Part shown: piece by piece, positions 9,783-18,836 of the stretch
Layout of the letters: the number at the start of each line of letters is the position of its first letter
Numbering within the stretch: the stretch's first letter is position 1
DNA from: a virus
Strand: one strand, 5' to 3'
DNA: 64,000 nucleotides
Virus record (IMG/VR): IMGVR_UViG_3300028800_000061
Span: 95,824-159,823 of that record
Notes under the pieces: model-generated
The model's database searches: none
What the model was told of the DNA's origin: nothing
What the model saw: only the letters and a program-made list of their open reading frames with translations
Made by a program: the position numbers and the translations under genes

Positions 9783-10253
9783 TCAGCCGACCAGCCGGGC
9801 GACGACCGCTGCCGCGTACACCGATGAGGCGGTGGCGTTGGCGATCGCGGTGATGTTCACCGTGTCCGTGGCGGACAGGTTGAGGATGACCGGCCCGAAC
9901 TTCACATCACCGCTCGCGCCTGTTGTGGAGATCAGGCCAAACGGGATGGGGCTCAACCTGGCGGTGCTGGTCTGGTTGAGTGCCGTGTTGTGCGAGTCGG
10001 CAGCGACTGTTGTCGTGCCCGATATGGCGACGCTGCCGGTGATCTCCCACAGTCCGGCTGTGCCAGGTGTGCAGGTGGCCACGACGGTCGCCGCAGTGGG
10101 CGCCGTCTGCTTACCTGCACCCTGAACGGTGAGCTGGCCATCTTTGTAGAACGTGACACCCTGGACGACAACACCGGGTGATGGCTGGATATAAGCCCCG
10201 CCGCCGAGTGTCTGCTCGCCCGCTGGGGTTGGGTTAGCGGTGAGGTTAGTCAC
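9783..10253 (-). CDS. putative capsid decoration protein
   Basis: AAGGAG RBS; Thr/Ala/Gly-rich beta protein immediately after capsid gene. Confidence 0.6.
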   Translation of the reverse strand: MTNLTANPTPAGEQTLGGGAYIQPSPGVVVQGVTFYKDGQLTVQGAGKQTAPTAATVVATCTPGTAGLWEITGSVAISGTTTVAADSHNTALNQTSTARLSPIPFGLISTTGASGDVKFGPVILNLSATDTVNITAIANATASSVYAAAVVARLVG

Positions 10254-10293
10254 ATGCTCCTTAACCGGTAACTGATTGCTTTACGAACGGCGC

Positions 10294-10334
10294 GCGTGCG
10301 CCCGGCCAGGTGGTGAATCTGGCCGGGCGCACGC
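10294..10334. terminator. strong hairpin after major capsid gene
   Basis: GCGTGCGCCCGGCCAG...CTGGCCGGGCGCACGC. Confidence 0.6.
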
Positions 10335-10341
10335 AGCTTTG

Positions 10342-11446
10342 TCAGGACCAGGTACCGGTCGCGCCGGAACGGTCAGACTTCTGAATTCCCTGCAGAAGAC
10401 CGCAGTAGAACGGGGCGTTCACGACGAGGCTTCCGAACAGGAACATGCTGTAACGGAACGAGGCGTCGATCACCGGCCACGAAATGCTCAGGTAATCCTG
10501 CACCGCGACGAATTCGACCACGTTGGAAACGTTGCTCCACGCGAAAGGCATCGTGTAAGACATCAGCATCGCTGTGCCTTGTGTCAGCCACGGGTGGACG
10601 ACGACTTTCAGCGGGTTGCGGGTGATCGGGTTCTGGAACTCCGAGACGGCAGCACCCAGCCGAACTCCCGGCACCTCAGCCTGCTCAACGAACAGGCGGT
10701 AAGCGCCGTTAGCGGAGCTTGAGTTGATGATGTCGTTCGACAACCGCATCACATCGCCACCTTCGGCGATGATCTCAGCCGGGTCGGCCCTGTAAGCCCC
10801 GTAGGTGTTGCCCGTTCCGTCCCACAACTGCTGCAGGGCGTTGTTCAGCACCGAGGTTTTCAGAGTGTCACCGATGGTGTTCGAGAAGTAGCCGGCTTGC
10901 CAGTTCGACGGGTAAATCGCACCACCAGTGGTTGCGGAGTGCCCCGACAGAACAGACAGCAGGCCCTCTTGGTCGTTGCTTGACGACGTTCCCGAGTCCA
11001 CCGTCGGCGCAACCGTTCCCGACACGGGCAGAGCGCCTTGCAGGGTGTAGTACTGGCCACCGACCTGCGTGACATCCAGGTAGTACGTTCCCGCGCTGGC
11101 CCCCGTGGTGACGTACAGGTTGTACCACTGGGCGCCCGCGACAGGGCTGATCTGGACATCCACAACCTGACCGGATGACCATGCGACTGACCCGCCCGTG
11201 CTGGCCGCGGTCTCACCGAAGTAGGTGTTAGCCGTGACCTTCACGAACACGTTTGTCGTCACACCGGTCAGCGGGCTCTCACCGGAGTTCGCGGAACGCG
11301 CGGTGAGCGTCGGAGTTCCCGGAGTGGAAACAGCGATCGAAGTAGCCCCAATATGCGCGGCCTCTTCGTTCAACATGAATTCCTGCAACAGCAGGAGGTT
11401 GGCGAGCGCGGAAATGTCTTCGAAGCCTTGACCTGAGAACTGTGCG
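10342..11446 (-). CDS. major capsid protein, exon 2
   Basis: Open frame from the 3' splice site: AQFSGQGFEDISALANLLLLQEFMLNEE...KVVVHPWL...FGSLVVNAPFYCGLLQG, an HK97-fold-like C-terminus. Confidence 0.85.
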
Positions 11447-11712
11447 CATTGATTGTTACTCGCCGTAAATGGCGGGACCGGTCATTTCTGCCGGTCTCTC
11501 ACGGTTTACCATCCCGTGAGATCGGACTGTCTCATAACCTGCGGCCGGTACCCCGTAATGCCCCGGGGTGTCGTCCATTGCACAGGTTCCGCACATACAG
11601 TCTCTACACGCCGGCGGGCATCGCCAGCGCTCGGGATTCCCCGTAGGTGGTGGGGTTCCCCGAACAGTGCAGTTTGCTCCGGCACCTCACGGCGCCGGGG
11701 GCCCGCTAGTTG
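11447..11712 (-). ncRNA. group I self-splicing intron (266 nt, no ORF) in major capsid gene
   Basis: 5' exon ends in U with a U-G wobble in P1 (GGCUC/GGGCC); terminal G; P2 with GUGA loop; P3 CUGCAC/GUGCGG; P4 UUCGGG/CCCGAG; P7 GACUGU/ACAGUC in GUAGAGACUGUA...AUGAGACAGUCC; removal restores the frame. Confidence 0.9.
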
Positions 11713-12482
11713 AGCCAGGACAGGTTCTCAGACAGACCCCAGAACCGGTAAGGGATCTTGAGGTCAACTGCGTCCTGTGTGCCAGTGCCTGGCAGGTTGA
11801 GTGGCCAGTTGACACTGCCACTGTTACCGGAAATCGACCCCGATCCCTGAACAAGCTCGGGGATGGCCAGACGGACGAACTTGCCACCAGACGGGCCGGT
11901 TTGTGAACCGGAAACACCGGTGATGACTTTCCGCTGCCTTGCAACACCCTGGCCAGGTGTCCTGGCCAGCTTGTTGCGGATCGGCGAATACACCGGGTAG
12001 ATGAGAGAGCTCGGTGCAACCAAGTCGAAGGGCACGAAGCCGGACGACAACGGCGACGTGAGCGTAATGCTCTTGCCGAGCGCGTCGGAAAGCTGGGTGT
12101 TCAGCTGGCCGACGAGCTGCTGCACTGCCTGGTTTTGCGGGCTGGCGGCCATGAATGCGCCGAACTGGCCAGCAAATTCCGGGCTGAGGCCCTTAATGAC
12201 CTCGGCTGGGCTTTCGATGCCCTTTTTGATCGCTGAGCGGAACGACAGTTCCGCTTTCATGCTCCGGCGGAAGATCTGGTCGTCATCGTCCAGTGGACGG
12301 TTACCACCAGGGCGGCAATAGCCGACACCCTTGACAAGGGTCGGCATCTTGTCACTCAGCATCAGGTCCGGTGAGTGGTAATTCTTTGCGTCAGCGTCGG
12401 CGTACCACGACGGGTTCGCGTCCGCGCGCTCCAGCGCAGCCTGGCCGGCTGTGCCGTAGGGAAGAACGTCAGTGCTTGTCAC
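11713..12482 (-). CDS. major capsid protein, exon 1
   Basis: FVPFDLVAPSSLIYPVYSPIRNKLARTPGQG motif; GGAGG RBS; spliced product 624 aa. Confidence 0.85.
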
Positions 12483-12515
12483 ACGCCTCCTGTGCGTGTC
12501 GTTACTACTTTTTGC

Positions 12516-15425
12516 TCAGTTAGGAGGGACTGATGCCGCTCCCAGCTTGTCGAGGACCGAGAGGGCCCTTTCCCGGGTTCCCGGGTCAGATGATTTGGCG
12601 CGGTCCTCGATGTAGGCGCGGTAAGACAGTTCCTCGATAGATGCGCGTGTGCGGGCTTTCTCGGCGGCTTCTTCCACCAGGTTGCGGCGTTCCACGGGAA
12701 CGGCCGGCGTGGTGGCTTGCCGGGCCAGTGCGCCCCTGACGGGGGCCATCGCTGGGTCGGGCTTAGAGCCGAGCTCGTCGACCTGCTTGCGCAGTTCAGT
12801 GATCTGGGTGTCGTAACGCTCGGCGAGCGGCGCGATCTGCTCGGCGAGAAGTGATTTCAGCACGTCCGCTGTCAGCCCTGGTGCCGCAGCCGGCTGGGTG
12901 ACCGTTTCGGGTGCGGTGTGCGGGTTGCGGCGCTCGTACTTGGCAATGGCCTTCTTGAACGCCTTGGCCAGCTGCTCCTCAGTCAGCCCATCTGGGGCTT
13001 TCCCGACAGTGCTGATTCCTCCCTGCGCGGGTGGAGTGTGCGGTGTCGGGACATTCCTGGCACCAAGATCTGGTGGCAGGACACTCTTCGATGTGGCCAT
13101 CGGGCACAGGTCAGGGAACGTCGCCGCGATGTGGTCGTGCATGCTCTGCAGCGCCACCCTGGCCTGCTCACGGGAACTGTTGGAGTAGTAGGTGCGCGCC
13201 GCGCTCGGGCTCCCCGGTGCGACCCGGTTGTTGTCACCAGTGTTGGCCGGGCTTTCAGCTTCGTGCCCGGCCGTGATCAGCGGCCGGTCGAACTGCTCCG
13301 GCTCCGGAGTGTGGTGGGATGGCGGGATGTTCGGTGAGCCACGATCTGTGGCGTCCTCCGACGCAGTGGGCCCGGACAGGTACGGCCGTTGGAACTGGCC
13401 TGGCTTCACGCCATCACCCGGCTTGATGTGCTCAGTCGGGTACATGTCCTGGAAGGCCTTGTGCAGCAGCGCGCGGCCGTCCTCGACGGCGGCCGGGTGC
13501 ATGCTTTTCACCGCTTGCGCGGCACCCACCAGGGCGGTCAGGCGGCCCGCTTCGGTGGTCTTGCCCGCGGCCGCGGCCGCGGCCGCCAGCTCACCAAACC
13601 ACGACTCGTCGATGCCAGCGCCGATCGCTTTCAACGACGGGTAGCTGTCCATGACGGCCTGCGTGTCGAAGGCCGCGCAGGCCATGTCGTGCATCCGGCC
13701 GACCGTGTACGGCGCATCAGTTTTGACTGAGGACGGCACCTTGTCCGGTGTCCGGTCCGGGTCGGTTGGCAGGCCAGCATCCGGCTCGAACTGCTCGACG
13801 GTGGATGTGCCATCCGGCTCGCGGTGCTCACCGACTGGCTTGGTGTCACCTGGCAACGGCCGGCGTGCGGCTTTCTCCGTGCCCGCCTGGGCGAGGATCT
13901 CGTCGGCGGCAGCCTGGGAGATCATGCCCATCTCAACGGACTTGGCCAGGGTTGCGGTGAGCGCTTCCACTGCGGCACGCTTCGCTGCTTTGCCCATGCC
14001 GGGGAGCTTCTTGCCGCATCCGCCGCAGAACTTGGCATCGGTGTCGGCGTGGTAGTTCTTGCCGCATCCCTTGCAGGTGCGCCCGCCGGTCTTCGCTGTG
14101 TCCGCCTCGACCGGGGTGGTGCCGGTGTCCGCGGTGTCCTTCGCTGCGGCCTTGCCGGAGCCTTTGCAATCCGGGCAGTCCATCTTGCCGCCACGGATCT
14201 TCCCGTCACCCTTGCAGGTGCCGCATTTCATCCCGGAAGCATCAGGGTCACCGTCGCTAGATGGCGCCCCATTCGCTTTCACCAGGTCGAGATCGCTGTC
14301 GATCTCGCCGGCTCCGCTGGCCTTCCACGTGTCGGGGATCTTGTCTTCCATCCCGAGCGCAGATGCGCGGCGTTTGATGTGCGAGCGGGCCGCAGCCGGG
14401 TCCTTGGCGTTGCCGGCCAGGTGAATGGCGTTATCCAGGTCCTCCCCGTTCTTGATCGGGAACGATCCGTCGGGCATCGCTGCACCCGTGTCCGCTGCGG
14501 CGTCACGCTGCGACTGAGTGAAGTCGCGCTTCGCCAGCCACCGCTCGGCGCCGTCGCGGTCACCGCCGAGACCTTCGGCGTTGCCCTCGGCGTGCCAGCG
14601 CATCCAGTCGGCGCGCTTGGCCAGGTACTCGGTACCGCCGGCGATGCCCTTGACTGATGGCTCCCGCGAGAGCCACTGGCGGCGGGCGGCCTTATATGCG
14701 GTGCGGGTTGGCTCATCGGCTTTGGCGACGGCATCAGCGTCGTCATCGTCCGGGTCGTCAGTGCTGGCGTCCTCGCCGGCGGCGGGCAGGTTTGGTGGCG
14801 GCTCCTCTGCGTCCTCACCGCCGTCCGGGTTCTGCCCTTGATCGGCGGGAACAGGGCCGGCTTTGGTCAGCAGGTCCTCCGTGTCGGCCGACTCGTACTC
14901 ACCGAACATTTCCCCGACCAGCTCCATGGATCCGCCGTCGGCCGACTTGGCCAGGACCAGCCCGCAGTTTTTGTTAGCGGGCCTGTCAACAAGTGACAGC
15001 TCAGCCAGTTCGCCGCCGTTGATGATCCCACCGCGGGCTTTCCCGCTCGGATCACGGGAAATGACCGGCCGGGCGACACCGATGCTGTACGCGGTGAGGA
15101 CACCTTTTTCCACCAGCCGCTTTGCGACCGGCTCGACTACGAGCGATTTGACGTAATGCCCGCCGTCGCCGTCCCGGTCGATTTCGATGGACAGCGCCTT
15201 GCCGGCGGGGTCGCGGCGGGACTGGTGCTGAACCCTGACGTTGCCGCCAGTGTCCCGCCACTCCTGCAGCGCTTTCGCCGACCAGACCGGGTCGACGATC
15301 TGCTCGTCAGTGTCAACGCTGCCGTCCGTGGCCTTGCCGTACACGACAAGGTCCCCGTCAGCGTCCTTCACGAATTTGACAATTGGGAAGCTGACATAGG
15401 TCAGTTCGGAAACGGCTGTTGCCAC
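12516..15425 (-). CDS. prohead protease / scaffold multidomain protein
   Basis: N-terminal HK97-type protease (VYGKAT..VDTDEQIVD, VRVQH, AYSIG, ELSLVDRPAN); AMPDGSFPI..DLDNAI domain; CxxC zinc motifs; C-terminal coiled coil. Confidence 0.85.
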   Translation of the reverse strand: MATAVSELTYVSFPIVKFVKDADGDLVVYGKATDGSVDTDEQIVDPVWSAKALQEWRDTGGNVRVQHQSRRDPAGKALSIEIDRDGDGGHYVKSLVVEPVAKRLVEKGVLTAYSIGVARPVISRDPSGKARGGIINGGELAELSLVDRPANKNCGLVLAKSADGGSMELVGEMFGEYESADTEDLLTKAGPVPADQGQNPDGGEDAEEPPPNLPAAGEDASTDDPDDDDADAVAKADEPTRTAYKAARRQWLSREPSVKGIAGGTEYLAKRADWMRWHAEGNAEGLGGDRDGAERWLAKRDFTQSQRDAAADTGAAMPDGSFPIKNGEDLDNAIHLAGNAKDPAAARSHIKRRASALGMEDKIPDTWKASGAGEIDSDLDLVKANGAPSSDGDPDASGMKCGTCKGDGKIRGGKMDCPDCKGSGKAAAKDTADTGTTPVEADTAKTGGRTCKGCGKNYHADTDAKFCGGCGKKLPGMGKAAKRAAVEALTATLAKSVEMGMISQAAADEILAQAGTEKAARRPLPGDTKPVGEHREPDGTSTVEQFEPDAGLPTDPDRTPDKVPSSVKTDAPYTVGRMHDMACAAFDTQAVMDSYPSLKAIGAGIDESWFGELAAAAAAAGKTTEAGRLTALVGAAQAVKSMHPAAVEDGRALLHKAFQDMYPTEHIKPGDGVKPGQFQRPYLSGPTASEDATDRGSPNIPPSHHTPEPEQFDRPLITAGHEAESPANTGDNNRVAPGSPSAARTYYSNSSREQARVALQSMHDHIAATFPDLCPMATSKSVLPPDLGARNVPTPHTPPAQGGISTVGKAPDGLTEEQLAKAFKKAIAKYERRNPHTAPETVTQPAAAPGLTADVLKSLLAEQIAPLAERYDTQITELRKQVDELGSKPDPAMAPVRGALARQATTPAVPVERRNLVEEAAEKARTRASIEELSYRAYIEDRAKSSDPGTRERALSVLDKLGAASVPPN

Positions 15426-15468
15426 ATGCCTCCACGGCCGGGGTGCTGGATTAGTTCTGGGGTTGATG

Positions 15469-16140
15469 TCAGGCGGGCATGCAGAAGGGCCGCCCGCGGA
15501 GGACGGCCCTTCTGTCAGTTGCTGGCGGGTGGGTTAATCTCTCACCCTCGGATTGCCGCATCCGTTTATGTATGCCGTCGCGGCTGTAGCGGGTGGTGCA
15601 GGGCGGGCATGCGGGGGCGATGTTGGTGATATCGACGTTCAGGTAGTTGCCGTCGAGTTGGACGGCGAACAGTTCAGCGGTGCCGCCGATGGTCCGGCCC
15701 CACGATGCGAGCTGCCCGCACCAGTGGCACGGGTGCGGGCCCGGGCCGATCGCGTCATACAGCACTTTGCGGTGCATGTAGACGTCGCCGTTGGCGTCGG
15801 CCAGCGGGTGGGTGCGGGCTTTGACCCGGATCCGGCCGTTGAGCATGATGGCTCCGGCGCCGTTCGGGCGGCGCAGGACGATCGCAGGGTCTCCGTGTTT
15901 GCGCCAGCGGCCGTAGTGGGTGCTGCACCAGCCCAGCGATCGCGCTCGCTGGGTGCATTCCGGGAACTTGCACACAGGTGCAGGGGCTTGCCTGGGCGGA
16001 GCGATTGGGTCACCTGTGCGCCGCCACTGCTGGTAGTGCCGCCAGCAGTAGCGCATGGCAACCCAGCGTTCGGGGCATTCCGGTACGCGGCAGATCTTGT
16101 CCCCTGCTGGCAAAGTCAGAAGGCCGGGCTGGTCTGTCAC
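15469..16140 (-). CDS. HNH-endonuclease-like protein (apparently degenerate)
   Basis: Two CxxxxC..CxxHY..W repeats; YMHRKVLYDAIGPGPHPCHWCG; LDGNYLNVDITNIAPACPPC lacks the canonical His/Asn. Confidence 0.65.
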   Translation of the reverse strand: MTDQPGLLTLPAGDKICRVPECPERWVAMRYCWRHYQQWRRTGDPIAPPRQAPAPVCKFPECTQRARSLGWCSTHYGRWRKHGDPAIVLRRPNGAGAIMLNGRIRVKARTHPLADANGDVYMHRKVLYDAIGPGPHPCHWCGQLASWGRTIGGTAELFAVQLDGNYLNVDITNIAPACPPCTTRYSRDGIHKRMRQSEGERLTHPPATDRRAVLRGRPFCMPA

Positions 16141-16517
16141 GGTCCTGTCTGATCTTCTGTAGGCACAGGTGCCTGGTCCCGGCTGGCTGCGGCGTTGAAG
16201 GTGGCGAGGGCCTGTTTGGCGGCACGGTGCTGCATGTGGTCCACTCCCCGCTCGGTGAGGCACCAGCCGGTTGTGGTTACGACATCACCGCCGGGGGTCG
16301 CTTCGGCCATGAACCAGGCCCAGGACCCAATGGCTGCTTTTCTGCGCATGGTGACGGTGGCGTTCACCCGGATCGCCTGCTCACGTGCGTGAGATTGCGC
16401 GCGGGCGCTGAAAAGGTTGCAGATGGCACGTCTGCGCCGTCTCGCGATTATCATCGCGATCATGCCAAAACCGCCCGTGAGGGCCACTATGGTAACGAAT
16501 AGCCACGCAATTGTCAC
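16137..16517 (-). CDS. membrane-anchored hypothetical protein
   Basis: N-terminal hydrophobic helix followed by RRRRR. Confidence 0.55.
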   Translation of the reverse strand: MTIAWLFVTIVALTGGFGMIAMIIARRRRRAICNLFSARAQSHAREQAIRVNATVTMRRKAAIGSWAWFMAEATPGGDVVTTTGWCLTERGVDHMQHRAAKQALATFNAAASRDQAPVPTEDQTGP

Positions 16518-16711
16518 GCCTGGTAGTGTACCTTTTGTCCTCGGCGGTGCGGATCATGGAAACGGGGGCGAACCCCAGCGGGGAGTACCTCACCTGGGGA
16601 TCTGCAAATCCAGAGCCTGAGCGGGCGGTCCGCACCGCCGGGTGCCCGGCACGGCACGTCAACCAGGGCAAGGGCAGCTTTCGTCGCACATCTCGCCGAC
16701 GGCGGCCGCAA
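16514..16711 (-). CDS. hypothetical protein
   Basis: Fills the operon gap with a GTGA overlap; start uncertain. Confidence 0.35.
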   Translation of the reverse strand: MRPPSARCATKAALALVDVPCRAPGGADRPLRLWICRSPGEVLPAGVRPRFHDPHRRGQKVHYQA

Positions 16712-16919
16712 GGTACCCGGCAGCGAATCCGTGAGTAAGCCCGATTACCACCGCCGCTGCGAGCTGCACACCCATGGCGAGCAGCAACCGGACGAAGAAC
16801 GCACCATGGCCCGCTTCGAGGATGGTCAGTGCGGCCATCCCGCCGGCCATCTCAAGCTCTGAAATCTCACCGCGAGTGGCTATCTCGGCCCAACGTGCCG
16901 CCTTCATGCCGTGTTTCAT
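16659..16919 (-). CDS. small membrane protein
   Basis: Hydrophobic segments; ATGA overlap. Confidence 0.5.
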   Translation of the reverse strand: MKHGMKAARWAEIATRGEISELEMAGGMAALTILEAGHGAFFVRLLLAMGVQLAAAVVIGLTHGFAAGYLAAAVGEMCDESCPCPG

Positions 16920-17101
16920 GCCGGACTGCCACCATCAGAGCGGGCGGCGCCCCACTCCAGCCGTACCAGCTCAACGTTCGGCCGGGTGATGATGTACAGC
17001 GATTCAAGCCGGCTGAACCCGGCCTCCCGTAGTGAGGTGAACCACTCATGGCAGCCGGCTGCGCTCGCCGCCATTGGGGACAGACCGGGCATGGAGTCCA
17101 T
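16916..17101 (-). CDS. hypothetical phage protein
   Basis: HEWFTSLREAGFS motif common in small phage proteins; AGGAGG RBS. Confidence 0.6.
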   Translation of the reverse strand: MDSMPGLSPMAASAAGCHEWFTSLREAGFSRLESLYIITRPNVELVRLEWGAARSDGGSPA

Positions 17102-17189
17102 TCCGTCTCGTTCCTCCTGATCGGTGCAGGTTCCCTCACGGGCCGTGAGCTAAGATGCGTGCGCCCTTGAACCTCGCAGTCAGGAACTC

Positions 17190-18383
17190 GTGCGCACTGT
17201 GGACGATGCGGAACTCAAAACCAGGTACTTGCACGGTGAGGCAGTCGGTGTCATAGCTGCTGCCGCCGGGATGAGCAGAAAGAAGCTGCGGCACAGGCTG
17301 ATAAGCCTCGATGTACCTCTCCGTGCCAGGACCGAGCTGATCGTGCAGCGTGCCCGGCAACTCGACGGGACTGATACCGACGCCCGCTATACCGCCGGAG
17401 CGGGAATCGCCGAGCTTGCTGTCGATCTCACCGCCGAGCTCGGCGTGCACATCAGCGAAGGGGTTGTCCGCACATGGCTTGAAATGCGGGATGTTCCCCT
17501 CCGGGGCCGGTCAGCAGCAGCGAAACTTGCCTCCACTGCCCGGACCCGTGAGCAGCGCATGGAAATGACCGCCGCGGCGCGTGCGAGCACCCGGGGAATC
17601 CCCGTGCCGATCGAACGGCGACTGGCGGCCGCTATCGGCAGGGAGAACCCGCGGCCGGGAAGCTTGCCTCCCGCGAACCGGGATCTGGCGCAAATCCTGC
17701 AGCGGTCCGGCCGGAGAGTTACCACGCTCAAAGCCGCTGGGCCGTACAGCATTCCCGTTGCGACCGGCACCACGGGCATCGACCTGACCGCCAAAAGCAC
17801 CGAGTGGATGCTGCGCGTACGCGGCCCGCGCTTGAGGTACCTGCTCGAAACCGGATGGGATGTCCTGTTCCTCCGCGTCATGTCGACCAGGTTCCCGATC
17901 CCGCCCGCGATGGCAGATCTGGTTTTCGACCGGCTCGCATGGCGCGACGGGCACCCGGACTCCCCACGCCGGTTCATGGTGATCGACCGGAACGGCCAGA
18001 TCATCCGGCAAGGATTCGCAGACGACTTGCCGCCATCCAACCTGGGTGCCACATCACGGATGATGCGTAAGCAGGACTGCGGCAGCCAGTTAGATGACAT
18101 CCGCCGGCATCATCGACTGCCCGGTGTCTCCCGGGTACAAGGAGCACCGGCAGTTCGGGTGAGCCGGCGGCTGATCATCACCGGAGGGAAACTCATCCCC
18201 TACCGGGATCAGCCCGGCCGCCTCGTTGCCATCGCACACGGCGCACACCGTTGCGTCCCCAGCGGTGGCCCATCCGACCGCCGCGATCCTGGCCTGCTGG
18301 TAGTACGCCAGCGCCGCCAAGGACATCGACCAGGTCACCTCGGTCTGGGTCACGACCAGGGCGGCAGGCTCATTTCCGAGTAG
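17190..18383 (+). CDS. HTH-repeat plus DUF559/Vsr-like nuclease-fold protein (homing-endonuclease-like, degenerate)
   Basis: Two HTH-like repeats ending in DVPLR; AAGPYSIPVA...RLRYLLETGWDVLFL; antisense to head module; 3' end overlaps gpF gene. Confidence 0.55.
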   Translation: MRTVDDAELKTRYLHGEAVGVIAAAAGMSRKKLRHRLISLDVPLRARTELIVQRARQLDGTDTDARYTAGAGIAELAVDLTAELGVHISEGVVRTWLEMRDVPLRGRSAAAKLASTARTREQRMEMTAAARASTRGIPVPIERRLAAAIGRENPRPGSLPPANRDLAQILQRSGRRVTTLKAAGPYSIPVATGTTGIDLTAKSTEWMLRVRGPRLRYLLETGWDVLFLRVMSTRFPIPPAMADLVFDRLAWRDGHPDSPRRFMVIDRNGQIIRQGFADDLPPSNLGATSRMMRKQDCGSQLDDIRRHHRLPGVSRVQGAPAVRVSRRLIITGGKLIPYRDQPGRLVAIAHGAHRCVPSGGPSDRRDPGLLVVRQRRQGHRPGHLGLGHDQGGRLISE

Positions 18384-18836
18384 CCCATCGAGTACGCCAG
18401 TGAGTTGCCCTGCGGTGAGCCCACCCGCAACCGCAGCGAGAAGGGCTTGCTCCAGCCGTGTCACCCGCGTTGCCACCAGGCCGCCCACCCGCCGGTCACC
18501 CTCGTCAAGGATCGACTGCAGTGAGCTGTCCGGCGCGTCCAGGTCGATGCTGGTGATCTGGACGGCCGAGTTCCGGCCGAGCCGCCAGCCGTCCGCCCAC
18601 AACTCCCGCATGATCCTGGTGAGCGCCACAGTTAGCGCTGCGGTAACCCCGGTTCGTTGCAGGTACCGTTTCGGGCCACGCGGCCGCGCTGCTGCACCTG
18701 CCCCGTTGCCGCTAGCCAGCCACCCGGCAGCGAAATCGGCGGGCAAAACGCCCTGCAGTTCCCTGGCGAGCCGGCCAGCGTACTGGGCTGCTAGCTGCCG
18801 GTCCCGCTCCCACCCGGGCCAGTCAGGGCTTTTGGG
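18090..18836 (-). CDS. Mu gpF-like minor head protein domain (probably reached by -1 frameshift from portal)
   Basis: TQTEV...WATAGDATVCAVC...PPAHPNCRC; frame opens at CCCAAAA (18830-18836) two codons after a TGA. Confidence 0.8.
   Translation of the reverse strand, partial: PKSPDWPGWERDRQLAAQYAGRLARELQGVLPADFAAGWLASGNGAGAAARPRGPKRYLQRTGVTAALTVALTRIMRELWADGWRLGRNSAVQITSIDLDAPDSSLQSILDEGDRRVGGLVATRVTRLEQALLAAVAGGLTAGQLTGVLDGLLGNEPAALVVTQTEVTWSMSLAALAYYQQARIAAVGWATAGDATVCAVCDGNEAAGLIPVGDEFPSGDDQPPAHPNCRCSLYPGDTGQSMMPADVI

Noticed and set aside
11389-11712. Capsid pseudogene, two separate genes or group II intron
   Set aside because: U/G splice boundaries and the P1-P8 core fit group I and restore the frame; there are no GUGYG...AY ends or domain V.
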